Notes under the pieces: generated by a model
Seen by the model: only the letters and a program-made list of their open reading frames with translations
What the model was told of the DNA's origin: nothing
Database searches by the model: none
Origin: Eutreptiella sp. 'Long Island Sound 2002'
Lineage: Eukaryota; Protista; Euglenida
Reading direction: 5' to 3'
Length of the DNA stretch: 64,000 nt
NCBI GenBank assembly: GCA_964036045.1
Contig: OZ038378.1
Span: 72,540,001 to 72,604,000, forward strand
Made by a program: the position numbers and the translations under genes
Part shown: piece after piece, positions 47,770-60,204 of the stretch
Layout: the number at the start of each line of letters is the position of its first letter
How positions within the stretch are numbered: the stretch's first letter is position 1

Positions 47770-48035
47770 ATGGTGGTACTTCGAGAAGAAGAATATATTT
47801 CGAGACGATGGATCCACGAAGTTATCTCGTGATGATGGACACATGATGGTACTTCGATAAAAAGGATATATTTCGAGACGATGGATCCACGAAGTTATCT
47901 CGTGATGATGGACACATGATGGTACTTTGATAAAAAGGATTTATTTCGAGACGATGGATCTACGTAAATATCTCGTGATGATGGACACATGATGGTACTT
48001 CGAGAAGAAGGATATCTTTCGAGACGATGGGTCTA
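47770..48035 (+). repeat. 73-bp tandem repeat, about 3.6 copies
   Basis: TTTCGAGACGATGG recurs at 47798, 47871, 47944 and 48017. Confidence 0.95.
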
Positions 48036-48251
48036 TGAAAAATGATTCATGATGATTGGTACATGTTGGTACTTGGACAAGAAGGAGGAGAAATAAAAAT
48101 CTTTCTTGAGGATTGAGACATGAAGGTATTTCGAGATACGAAATATGAGTACAAAGAGACTACTTTGTAATGCTCGAGATACGGAGTTTGGGTATTTGAA
48201 CACTTCATTGAGATGCGAGACTATTTCATGATGCTCAACACATGAAAGAGG

Positions 48252-48560
48252 GAGTACGAAGGAATTTTGTTAGGCCCGAGGAAATTTCGTAACGACGGAG
48301 ATCCGAAGATGAGTACGAAGGAATTTTGGTGAGACCCGAGGAAATTTCGTAACGACGGAGATACCAAGATGAGTACGAAGGAATTTTGGGGAGACCCGAG
48401 GAAATTCCACAACGACGGAGATACCAAGATGAGTACGAAGGAATTTTGGTGAGACCCCAGGAAATTCCACAACGACGGAGATACCTAGATGAGTACGAAG
48501 GAATTTTGTCAGGCCGAGGAGATTTCGTAACGACGGAGATACCAAGATGAGTAGGAAGAA
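48252..48560 (+). repeat. 60-bp tandem repeat x5
   Basis: GAGTACGAAGGAATTTTGGTGAGACCCGAGGAAATTTCGTAACGACGGAGATACCAAGAT at 48252, 48311, 48371, 48431 and 48491. Confidence 0.95.
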
Positions 48561-49219
48561 ATTTTGGATGAGAAGCGAGAGTATTGATATGGAAGATTGT
48601 GACAACCTTCGCGAAGAATGATACGATGATTTTGAAAACCTTCGAGAGGATGAATACCGAGAAGAATTTCGTGAACCTTTGAGAGAATGGGTATGAAAAG
48701 GAGCTTGGAGAAGAGGAGCGATACGAAACGAGAATTCGATGAAAATGAATTCCCTTGTTGGTTGGAGGGTTCTTCCCATCGGTTAATCATATCGAGACCC
48801 AGACGGAGACCCTGTTTCCCGAAGTTCACTACGCGGTTCGTTTTGGAAGTGCGTGTGCTGTCTCCAACGAGTTTTCCCACACCAACAGTGTTGGGTTGCG
48901 GCGGGAGGGCTGACGCCGTGCATGATTAGCCCAAAACAATGTGGATGGTCATCCTAACATATCAAAAGCCGCGCCAGGTGAGCCTACGGCCTAGAAAAAT
49001 GAGGGTGGTTCCATGAAACACTACGCAATTGGCTGGAAGGTGACGAAGCCGATGGTGTGTGTGTGCGGCCGCCATAAGACAGAGGTGAATGCTATGGCCT
49101 CGCACGTTGGATCCATGCCCGCCACGCAGTTGGATGTTGCCCTACACTATCTATCTTGTTGAGCCTTCCGAGGAAAGGCACGCTGGAGGCGCTTTGGTCT
49201 TCTTCAAATTCGGATCCAA

Positions 49220-51840
49220 GTGAGGGTGGGACCAACCCTACGGATACATCATTCCCGGCAGGGGAAAATTGAGAACCAGTTTTCCGATATGATGAAGCTC
49301 GTGGGACGCCACGTCGAGCTGAAGTCCAAAAGTAACGCTGTAGACCACCGCTGCACTGAGATCATCAACCTGCTTGAAACGGTGTCTGTGTCTTTGGGGG
49401 AGCTCAAGGTAAAGTGGGAAGGCGCCAAAGGTGAAGAGAAGTCGCTCAAAATGTTCACAAAGAGTTTCTACGTGCATCCCTCTGGATACTCTATCCCTTT
49501 GGAGAAGCACGTTGTGTGTGTGGCACGTTCACCCTTGCTGGCCTTGACCCTCATTCCACATGCTGCCACCAGACTTGCACAATGTCAGTGGGAGGTAAAT
49601 CAGAGATTTCCAAGAGCATGGAGTATGCTAGAAAAACGTGCAACGTGTTTGTGGGTGGTTTCGCCAACGACAACAAAACTTGCAGGAGAACTTCCACGAA
49701 ATCAGCAAACGCTTGGGCGAAGTTGGGTTCAGCAACCACGTCCAACTGGGGACCGTCATCATGCCCCGAGGATGAGTGCAACGCAGCGTGGAACAAGTGG
49801 TTGACTGGCATCGAAGAGCGATTCTGGACCATTGCATCCGTCATCAAGGGTCATTACAAGGTTTCATGGGGCAAGGAATGGCAGAGCCATTTCCATGTGG
49901 AAGGGACCGATGGCACCCAGGGCAAAGAGCTTCTGATCGACTCCGCTGGTCGGGACCGCCGCCAGTACTCCCAGGTGGCGTTCAAGCTGCAAATGGAGGA
50001 TGACGGCTCCGCGTTCACGGTTGCGCCCTCCAAGCACCTTTCGGAGTACAAGAGAGATGGTTGCTCCGAGAAGACACCACCAGCCCAGGATACCTGCATA
50101 TGTGCCCCGACATCCACGCCCTCAGGGACACCTCCGTGACGGCAATTTCCGTTCAATCGCACAGGCGCGTGCCCATGACTGACAAGCTGGTGTTACCTGT
50201 GGATGTGATGTTGCCCAGGCTGCACAACAACCCCGATGCTGGGTATTCGCATGCTTGCGGTGTACTGCCGACTGCCCCATCAACTGCCAGAATTCTAGAC
50301 GCTTCTTGAATCCTCCTTTGGAAGCTGGTTTTTGGCGCTACAAGTATACGAGTTGTGCCAGTGGTATGGCCTCGGCCACCGTCATCCACGATGGTGAGGA
50401 GCTGGTAGGTCTGTATTTTGGAATTTGGAAGCTAAACGCCGTGGGCCTGGAAGAGAGTCGCCCGGACACACTGTGAGTGAAGCCGGAGGACTCTGGAAAG
50501 CTTGCTTTCGCTCTGAACAATTTTCTGGGACTTCAGGGCAAGATTCGAAGGGCGGACAGCATCCTTGCGCTGCATAGCCTACGATCGCTGCCCCGAAATG
50601 AATTCTAGGAAGGTGTGCGGGCTCTACCGAACAGGGTCAACGAATTGTCGGATGTTCATGAATTATCTAAGTTGGCAGATCTGGAGCCAGGTGACGTTGA
50701 CGTGATGTACACCTGATATGTTGTCAGCAAGGACAACGACACCCGTGTAGGCGTCCTGCCCAGTGAGGGCCAAGGGCGTGGTGGGCCACTCGGTGACAAG
50801 GAGTTGGACCCTTTTGACCCTGCCAACCAGATCCTGACTTCTGCCGACTATGCAGTGCAGAAAATGCTGGACCCAGGCCAGGAAAAAGGGGAAGCTAGCC
50901 CGTTTCTGTTTCCAGACGGACGCTCAGAGCGCACTGCGCACTGGCTTTGGAGGATCCCAACCACATTGATCACCCATTCGTAAATTGGGCTCGTGGTTCT
51001 TGTTCTGATGGTCGTTACTGTTGACTCAAGACGGATGCCCGCCCTGCAGGTGGCAAACCATACGGTTTGGACGACAGTGGGACCTCGAAGGGGCGTTCAG
51101 GATTGGCTGATTTTGTGCGGATGGGGAGGCCTGACGTAGAGATCAGAAGTGCCAAGGCAGGTTTGGAGCGTGTGAATGAAAAATTCCCTGCTTGTGACAG
51201 TCAGAGGCGCGCGTTAAGGCTTTATAATTTCCCCCATCGTTCCCCTGGACTGACAGCTAACAAGTTGACCGAGCGAAGCGTGGAATGGACTCCGCAAGAG
51301 TGTTTCATGGTGCTTGAAGCTGCAGCAGGCGACCGATGGGGAGTTGATTGCTACCGAGACGGAGGAAGTTGTGGTACTATCCCTGAAGATATCAGCCTGT
51401 GATGACTGATGCCCAGCTCGCCCAGCTGCTGCATGAGCCGCCTCCTCTTGGGCGGGGTATAAACACCAAGACCCCTACACCAACACAACTGCTTTCACTC
51501 CGGCGGGGTATAAAAACAAAGATCCCTACGCCAGCACCACCGCCTCCACTTGGGCGGGATATACATGCAAAGACGCCGACATCAACAGATGCACTGACGC
51601 AAGCTGCCAGAGGAGGATTTCAGCAACCGCTCCGACAAACTGGGTCCCCTGAGCGATCGAGGGGGACACGCCTCTTCAGGCATGGGGTCGAAGGCCAGGA
51701 GCCATCGTCGACGGCCGCCCAGGTGAACCTGCCCCTGAGACCGTCCACAGCCCCGTCGGCGTCCCACTGTGGGGCATGTGCCGGCGGCTGGAGTAGACGC
51801 AGGGATCGAGCTGTGATGTGCTGTCTTCTTGTGAATGTGT
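49220..51840 (+). pseudogene. Decayed multi-domain gene including a pre-SET/SET-like region (50255-50608)
   Basis: Overlapping + strand ORF fragments. One frame reads CTADCPINCQNSRRF...ASGMASATVIHDGEELVGLYFG...*..EDSGKLAFALNN...ILALHSLRSLPRNEF*. Ends in a 51-bp x3 Pro/Thr-rich repeat (about 51445-51590). Confidence 0.4.
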
Positions 51841-54800
51841 GAGGTTTGGCATATAGCGGTGGGACGAACATTCCTGGCGGTTTATGGTCGTGTGTGTATG
51901 TATGCAAACTACGGTTGTATGGTCTGAGGCCTGCAAAAGCACAGGTTAAGCCACAGGTGTTTGGCTGTCTGTTGGCACTGGGATTTATTGGCATTACGGT
52001 TGACTCCTCTTCAATGACCTCTCCCTCACCTAACGGTGTTTGCTGCTCTTCGGGGCAGTCACCCGTGATTTGGGTCTGTTACCCTCTTTTCTTTCCAATT
52101 CTCCTCTTCAAAGTTGTTGGGATGTTGGGGACTGTTATGAGTCATTGTTTCTTTTGCTGATATCTCTCTGCCCTTACTCTTCGGGGCCAGAATCCACCAG
52201 GAGTCTGAAAATGCCGGTATGATTGCCCTGAATAGGCCACAGACCCGAGAAGTACTTCTTTGTGGGAGTAACAGTTACCATTTTCCCCGTTGCTTGTCTC
52301 AATAGATAGGTGACCAATCAGCCTGGGACACACCGGGGCGTGTGACGACGGGAGTGCTTGACATTGGTTTAGCTGATTCACCTTGATTTCGACAAGCGAG
52401 TGTGCGCGGATTGATTCAGGAGCAGTAGAGCAATAGAGGGGTTTCCCAGATTATCTCGGGAGATTTGGAGTCAACTCTGAGGGGTAAATTGCTGTTGCTG
52501 CGAATTTGCCCAAGGGGCGCACCGCTGTGGATCGCCAGCTTGCAGACTGTCGAGTGGGTGTTCTCTCTTGGTGTTGGCGGAATGCTTCGCAGGGCGGGAT
52601 ACTGGGGGCCTCTTGCCACTTTACGGCGGGTCCCTGGGGTCCTCTTGCCCGTAGAGGCTCTGCTCTCACTGACAGACCTGACCCAGCACGGATGCATTTT
52701 GTAGCCGGTGCCTATTTTTTTGAGGCTGTCTCAATTCTGGGGGACTCTCCATGACCGCGCGACTACATTCTCTGCGCCGGACGCCTTGATGGCTGGAATG
52801 CCAGTGGCGAGTTCGCTGCGGCGTTCCCCACGGTGTCTGTGCATGGAGACGTCGTCGCGTGGGAAGGCTTGGATCTGAGGTGAAGTTCACCCTGGCCTAC
52901 AAGTGGCAGATCTGCTTGAACATACAGATCAGTTCGGCCTATAAGGTTAAGGGACCGATAGCCACTGTTTGGAATTGCGCAGTATTTTGGGAATATGGTC
53001 CACTTACAGATTGGGGCAGGCGACCAAATGCTGAGACTGTTCTACTGTACCGGCACAGATGACCAGAACATTCTCTGGTACTGGCACGGAACCCCAAAAC
53101 AGATTTCAGTTGCGGAGTTGAACGCAGCTAACATTGACGACATGCAATCCTGATCTGACCTCCTGTCTCTCCGCAAGCGCTAACTGGGGCGCTGTCCAAA
53201 AACTTTCAGAGTGTCCTGATCTGCACCCCTGTCCCTACTCAGGCGCTAACTGGGGCGCTATCCACAAAAGCCAGTGTGTTACCCCACTTCTCCCCACTCG
53301 CACAGATGGTATTCCTATTTCAGGTTGCGGTTACAGTTGAAAAATAAGGGGGGGGGCCTGAGCGCTACACCAACGGATAGTGCAGGTGTGGAAGCCAACT
53401 CAAGGCCCTGACCATATATGGCACATCCAGCCTGACGTGACGACCCCCCACAGGTAATGCCCCTCGAGTATGATAACCTACCGAGGCCTATTTGAGCAAT
53501 GTTTCAGCGAGCCTGTGGTGGGGGGGAATATTCTGAGAGGAAACCCTGAAAGTCACTTTACTGAACTGAGCCGCCTGACTGACGTGCAACCCCGATGAGG
53601 TATGATCTGGAAGTTGGAGGTTTGCAGTTTTCGTAGGTGTACACCCCGGAAGCTCGGTGGCACGGTAGTACCTGATAGGGAGCTGTCCAACTTGCGGCTG
53701 TGACATGTCTGTGGCAGGAAAGTGTGCGAGTTTTGTTGAATTGATCTTGCATCAACCTTTGTGTCTCTTTGCAGAGAGCACCCGAGGAATTGATGCGAGA
53801 CCTCCTTTTTTTTCCCTTACAAGATGGATCACTGAAAGCCAGTCAAGTGATATAAAACTGCCATCCTCTACCTCAGAGATTGGAGGGTTGGGACTGTACA
53901 CCCGCATGTCCTGTCGAGTTTTGGACAGGTTTTTGGGGCCCTTGTGTTTTTCCTTTAGGGAACGTTGACCATTGAGACCAGCCATATGGTTCTTAGGGAC
54001 GCCTACGGGCTGGATGATTTCTTTCCTATGGAGTGTGAATAGGAGAAGCGTATGTCTACCTAGGGGTAAAAAGGCAACGTCAGTGCCTATCAACCCCACT
54101 CTGAGATCAGGTACTGAGGGATAACCTGAATCTGAGGGCTGTCGATACAGCGTGTTCCTTCTTTGCTCACTGTAGGCCCTGCATAACAGTACTGAGGAAT
54201 GAAGGCTGTGTGATGGAACACCAGTCCAGATGTAATATTGCCTGGTATGAAGGACTTTCGAGGGTGGCTGATAGGATAACTCTTTATATCCATGAAGACG
54301 AGACCTTCCCTGATATCTTGCCATAAGAGCAAGCCACAGCACCCCTGTGCTACGGGTCAAAGCACAGGCAAGGGTCCTGATGAGGCCTCAGGTGACAGGG
54401 TTTACGCAGTAGATACCCCAGGGGTCCGCTGTTGCCCTACTGCTACGTAGCACTGTACATGATTTTTCTGGTCTATTAAGGCACTGATGATACAGTGATG
54501 ACACGTCAGTGTGTATACTGTACCGGATGTACATGAATTCCTCTGACGACAGCAGGAAAGCACGCTGGAGAGGCCATGAGCCGTATCTCCACAGCACCCC
54601 TCAAGTTACAAGTGTTTACTACCACTGAGGGTGTGGAGCAGCCTAATGAGTATTCTACGAATGCCGACTGTGAAGCTCATGCCGTTATCCACAGAGAGTA
54701 CACAACTGAGACGGCGTCTGAGAAGTTGTAGCCTGTGTGAACTGTATTGAGTATCTTAGGATAGAAGTGGTAGTAGCCGGGAGCGTCGCAGAAACCGCCG

Positions 54801-56354
54801 AAAGGTGAGTAACCTCTGGACTCTGGTAAGCATCTAAGACCCTACCAAATACAGTATCATCACCTAGCCCACCCCGCTAAGAAACCCTTAGGACTGTATG
54901 ACAGCCTACTGCAGGTAGCCTGGTGGGGGAGCTGTGAAGGCATGACTGAGTAGCAGCCAAATATAGTGTTGGTTATTGGGAGTTTTCTACGTAGTGGTGT
55001 ATGTGTAAGCTAGGAGGCAAGTTAGCCACGCTCTGAGGTGTTTCCATTTTTCTTCTTTCCTTTATTTCAGGAGAATGAACTGGGACGAGTCGGGGTAGTA
55101 AAGCCAGGGGAGAGAAAGCAGGCCGGGTGACACACTGTGAGAAAAATACCCTTTCCCCCTACTCAAGCAACGACGTGGCCAGTCTGCTCAGAGGGAGGGT
55201 TATGATTGATTCTTTTTGTGTTAGAGTAGTCATGTATCCAGCCAAGTTCACCAGGTAAGCCAGCACGCCCCCCAGCACCCGAACTAACCATTCTGACGGA
55301 AGTCTGGGAGGCATGTTGAGAGTAACCCTGCAGTTAACCGAGGGAGTGTTTCAACACCCGGTGGTGGAACCGAAAGTCTGTATGCGCTCCTATGCTGGCC
55401 CGGAGTATCAAGGTATGTAACTGCAGGCGCCCTATCGAGTGACTCTCTCTCTCTCTCTCTTTCTCACCCCGTGTGAAATGTCAAGGACCACCCACTGTGC
55501 GCCACAGCAGCAGGGGCTGATTACCATTTGTCTGAATTATCATTCGTGTTAGATGGAGCCTGAAGCTTGTCTTACTTGCTTAGTCAGTGAAATTTTTCAG
55601 GGTCAAAGTTTCGACCCAGTTCGTGGGTACTATAGCAAAACTTTTGGCAGTAAACTCGCCACAGTATTTTGTTTTTCTATTCGAGTACCTGAATTTTCTC
55701 TGCTCTACCTCCTTTGCTCTTACCCTATTCTCAGGCAGGGAATGGGAACAGGGCGAACCTGCAGGCTAACCCTTTGTTCACTGGGTAATCCTGTCATGAG
55801 TAGCCGGTCTGGAATATCCTACCCGTCCTTCGCTACAGGCTTGTAGTTGTCCTGTCAGGGTACCTGTGCCTCCAGGCTGTACTGACAGTGATTGCTGCCT
55901 GTGAGGAAAGTGAGACTTGAGGAAATGGTGCGTACTGGAGACTGAGGAGGTACGCCAGACTCTTTACATGTCTTGAGCATGTCATGAACAACACCTGGGT
56001 CTGTATTTTACGGCTATGTTCTGAATGTTTTCCAAGAAATTATGGCTGCCTTTGTTGACAGACCCGGTGGTGAACTTACAAGCGCTTTGTATTGATATTA
56101 GAGAGGTATTGTGTTTTCATAATTCTAGGGGTTTACTCACGTCGTGATTTTAGCTGGAGTAATATGACTGTTGAAGCATGTTCTTGCTGATGGCCTGCAC
56201 AGGTGATATGCTGACTGCACTGCTGTGCAATGCCAGAAAAAGCGGGGGGGGGGTACCACTGCACCCCCTGAGGGATGATAACACCCCTGAAATTTCTTGG
56301 TTAGATGGCGCCCCCTGAGACACCCAGCTCTTGGTGTGGTGTCTGGGGGGGAGG

Positions 56355-57007
56355 AAGAAAAATTGCCTTTCATTGAGGGTCGGCATATTGTCAGTGTACT
56401 GTGTTTGCTGTGTGAATGTGCTGTGTGCCGTTAACAGAATTGCGTGTCTTCCGTCGCCGCAGCTGTAGCCGTGCTCTGTCGCGATTTGGATAATTCTGTC
56501 GTCATCTCTGATTTTATTGATGATTAAATAGCGTTTGGTGATAAGTTGGAATTGCGAGGGTGCTTCTGAATGTTTTGGGTATGTTTTGCAAACTTAATAC
56601 AAGACTCGCAGTATGGACACATGCTCGCCTTGTGTGTTGCGTGTGTGGTTGTGGTCTGCGTGGGTAGCATGCTTGCCCATGACCCTTACCTTATCCGCAA
56701 CCTGTTTTCCTTTGTTCGCAGCGCCATGGGTTAGTGGTGCACGGGGATAGGATTAGGGACTAGTTATTAGGACGTAGTATGTCGAGTTCTGACTTAGTTG
56801 AGTGTACGTTAGAGGTAGATCCGAACGATGACTCTTTGTTACTGCATACTTGGGATAGCAAGTGATTCACCTTAGTGAGTGTTGTTGCACGCTTTGCTTT
56901 GCCTTGTTGGTTAGCTTGATTGTTGTATGGTTTCCTTTATTTTTAAACAAACATTTTTATCTAACATAGACTAATGCCAAAATGGGAGTAAAGGCGTTTT
57001 TCTTTCT
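56355..57007 (+). repeat. 653-bp direct repeat, copy 2
   Basis: Near-identical to 46620-47272, same orientation. Confidence 0.93.
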
Positions 57008-58419
57008 TCCCTTGACAAATTTGTGTCACGTGGTGTTGCAAATGATGCTGCTGCTGATGTTGACGATACCCCTGAGCTGACTGATGGTGAGGGCAATGGT
57101 GAACCTGATTTGGAAGGACCGGAAGAACCTGAAAAGAAAAAGGTGAAACTGAATTATGGGGCCAAAAACAAATATGCTCATGTTTAATGGAGATATTGAG
57201 GGCAGGTCCAATGCAGTGTGGTAGTGACTTGGAAGGACCTTCAGCATCCATTGTTGTGGAAGAGCGGTTGTGGAATTGCTCCGTAGGTGCATCGGTTGTG
57301 GGGTTGCATTTTTTGGCATTTTTTTTGGCATTTTTTTGGATTTATTTGCCTTTTTTTGCATCGCATTTTCTGTCATCTCAATTTGCATTTTCCCCCCCCC
57401 CTGTTTTCTAGGTCGATTTTTGCCCACCATGGGAACACCAAGAAGGTAGGGGAAATGTAGCCAATTGGCCCAAGACCGCAATGAAACGTTCTTCAACACA
57501 CATTTCTGGGCTACAATGTTGGTATACATGTGGTCTGCCGGTCAAAACGCATTGACAAATCTTTCATGATGTATTCAAATTGAGTGCAAATCAGTGCAGT
57601 GTCCAATTTTTTTGCACAGTGGAGCGTTAAAAAACAATATAGAAATGTCAGAAATTTGCAACCACGGAAACAACTGCATTATCTCCGAAAACTGGCTATT
57701 TTGGTAGACCAAGAACCTGTCTACAAGAAAAGAAACCGTGGCGCCCCATATAGGCGTGTTCTAAAATAGATAGAGACTTTAAAAGCCTCGGGCATTCACA
57801 CCTACGGGCCGGGCGGAGGTCAAAACCAGACAAAGTCACAAAAAAGTACCAATTTCAAATACAAGGTCCAAAGAACTAAAACAACAAATGAGCTCAGCAT
57901 GGCGCGAAATGAGGGTAATACAACCTTACGTACACAGCTTGGGTCAATTATGAGTGCAACAATGTGTATGTCAATACTTTGAAGACCCCAAGCCGGTAGA
58001 AATAAGCATCTTAATATACAACCTGTCTAGTCAATATTAGGTGGTAAAACATCTGCTAACCGGTACAATGACCGGGGATTTTACCTCATTCAGTGCACAA
58101 ACACGTCTGCTCAGCCTGCTACGTTGCTTTCAGCCACAAAACTCGTACTTCTTTGCTCCCCCATTCTTCAAAGCAAAGGAGTCCATGTTTCCAACTTACA
58201 GGGCAGCAACAAGCCATAGGACTTATATCCCTAACCAGAAGGGCCACACCAAAGTGTGGCACAAATTTACTCCAATTCAAAAAGCGACACTAAAGCATAG
58301 GAGTCCGTATCCCTAACTCGAAAGGGCACGCCAAACCTTGGAAGTCCACAACCCGAACTTGACTCGTCTCGAACCCAAAGGGAAGCTGTGAATAGGTTGT
58401 GCTGAATAACCTCAGTAAG

Positions 58420-59990
58420 TGAACGATAATTGGCCTTGTTTCCTCTATAGCACCGGGAGGTTGCACACCCACCATTTCTTGGTGTTGGGTTGCCCAAATG
58501 CAAGTATCGTAGGAAACATGCAAATCAAAGCCATTAGTGGCCTCCACGTCGTCAGAGGATGTGTCCTTCTGTGGACAGGGCAGTGCAAGTTCTCGCACAT
58601 CATTGGGTACCCTTCCTCTCCTTTGTGCCGGTGCTGCCGCACCTTTTAGGGCTTGCTTGGACGTGCTTTTGATGCAGCCTCTCGCATGCCCCTTTGTCTG
58701 CTCTGCATTGGCTCACCAATGCGACAAGCAGTTCTGTCGGGGGCTGCTTCCGCAACATGTGCAGCTACATGTGCCACTACTTTGTCGATAAAGTCATGCT
58801 CAGTAACAAAACCAATTAGCCTAAGGCCCGAGGGATGATGTATGGTCTCTTGATTTATGGCATCTCCGCTGCACTGCACCCTGACATCACTTTGCGGTGG
58901 GGCAAAACTGCCCTATCTGATCACCGGAGAACAAGAGCTGAACAGAAGAGAGTTAGGGCGGCAAAGAACAGAGGCACATGCAGTTACCTCATGTGCATCA
59001 GGTTGAATCCTCTGAGTCGCAGAGTGCGCTGAAAAAGTGTCAGGACCGAATCGGTGGATACCATAGCTAACAAAACTTGATTGTGTTTCTTTTGCAAATA
59101 GAGACTCATAAAGAGCTATGGTCTGAAAACACAAAAAATTGGCCGAGGCTGGGGCGCAGTGGTTATGCAGTGCTTTCCTTCTCCCTTCCATCTTGCAGAA
59201 GCCATTTTTGAGGGATCTAAACACCGCTTTGTGGAAGGATTCCATCACAGTTGTTAGATGTAGGGGGGACACAACAACCTCTACCCAGAGTCTGTTTTTT
59301 GCTGCCATCGAGCAGCAAAACAACACAATTGTGGGGTGTCACCATGAGGTAAACCTTAGCAATTAATATCATTCTGACCCAGTTCAAGAAGATATCTCTT
59401 GAACAGCAGCCATCGGGGATGCCTTTCATTTTGCATGGGCCTTTTGTTCCGGAAACCATTCTGCTTTCACTGTTTTGTGGTGCCACGCCACACACGGTGG
59501 TGCTGTTCCCTGAAGCAGAGTAACACGGCAGTGCTGTAATGTGTTGTCTTTGCGAAACCCTTTGCCTTGTCACATGATCTTGACCTCGCTTGACCCACAC
59601 TGAAGACCCAGTGTCTCAAAATTACGAAAAAAGCTTGTTTCGCTCCTGTTGTGCATGTACCATCGCTCAAAAATAACAAGGCTGAGGGAAGGCTGTAGGG
59701 AGATTTTGGAAAAAGACAACCATTGCTCTTTTCTACTTCTGGCTGTGGCTCGCTGGCTTTCAACCAACTCAGGTTTTCTTCCGACAACGTCCCTGTGCCT
59801 TTGCTGAAAATGTGCCCACCACTTTTGACCAAACTTAAAATTCACGCCAAGCAAAGCATCAGATGGGATGGCCTTTTTCATTAGTTTAACTTGTTCTCCG
59901 GTATCCTGCATCCCAGGCGCTTGATGCGCATCACCCTTACAGTCCATCCAGCGGATTAAAACTCTTTCGTTCAAAAATTGGTTAGGAGGT
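58420..59990 (-). pseudogene. pogo/Tigger/Fot1-like (Tc1-mariner superfamily, CENP-B HTH + DDE_1) transposase, frameshifted
   Basis: FKFGQKWWAHFQQRH (CENP-B HTH), MHNRSETSF (NxDETG), QHITALPCYSASG, DIFLNW..VVLLLDG, SPLHLTTVMESFHKAVFRSLK (LPPHxTHxLQPLD..VF..LK) and SSFVSYGIHRF. Confidence 0.85.
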
Positions 59991-60204
59991 TGCCTTGGCT
60001 AAATGGCTTCGCCTTTGTTGCAAATAGGGCAAACCAGGGTAGGGGCAAACAAACGTATACTCAATAGTAAGGCGCTGCATCATGTTAATATCTATATCTG
60101 CGCATGGCGCTGATTATGGTGGCGCGCTGAACATCAATCGCCTTGCAGGCGATTGCTAGGGCTCCGGCGACTGCCAGCTAAATGTGAAGTTTGAGCTTTG
60201 AGGT

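Larger units (their letters stand above)
46476..57403. mobile_element. Candidate 11-kb composite element bounded by inverted CAGGGGGGGG-AAAA-TGCAAAT termini
   Basis: Left CAGGGGGGGGAAAAAATGCAAAT (46476-46498) and right ATTTGCATTTTCCCCCCCCCCTG (57381-57403), each next to (TTTTTTGCA)n arrays. No TSD recognised. Confidence 0.35.

Noticed and set aside
47770-48560. 73-bp and 60-bp arrays as CRISPR arrays
   Set aside because: The units are head-to-tail with no unique spacers, there are no cas genes, and the context is eukaryotic.
53341-53375. Polypurine tract followed by TG as the start of a 3' LTR
   Set aside because: No second copy of the downstream sequence and no pol remnant upstream.
54377-54400. 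CTGATGA as a hammerhead ribozyme core (also at about 35522 and on the minus strand at about 36278 and 37141)
   Set aside because: No stem II followed by GAAA, and no stem III/cleavage triplet could be built.
46620-57007. 653-bp direct repeats as the LTRs of one retrotransposon
   Set aside because: No TG...CA ends, no PBS or PPT next to them, no TSD and no gag/pol between them. Each copy has its own inverted ends.
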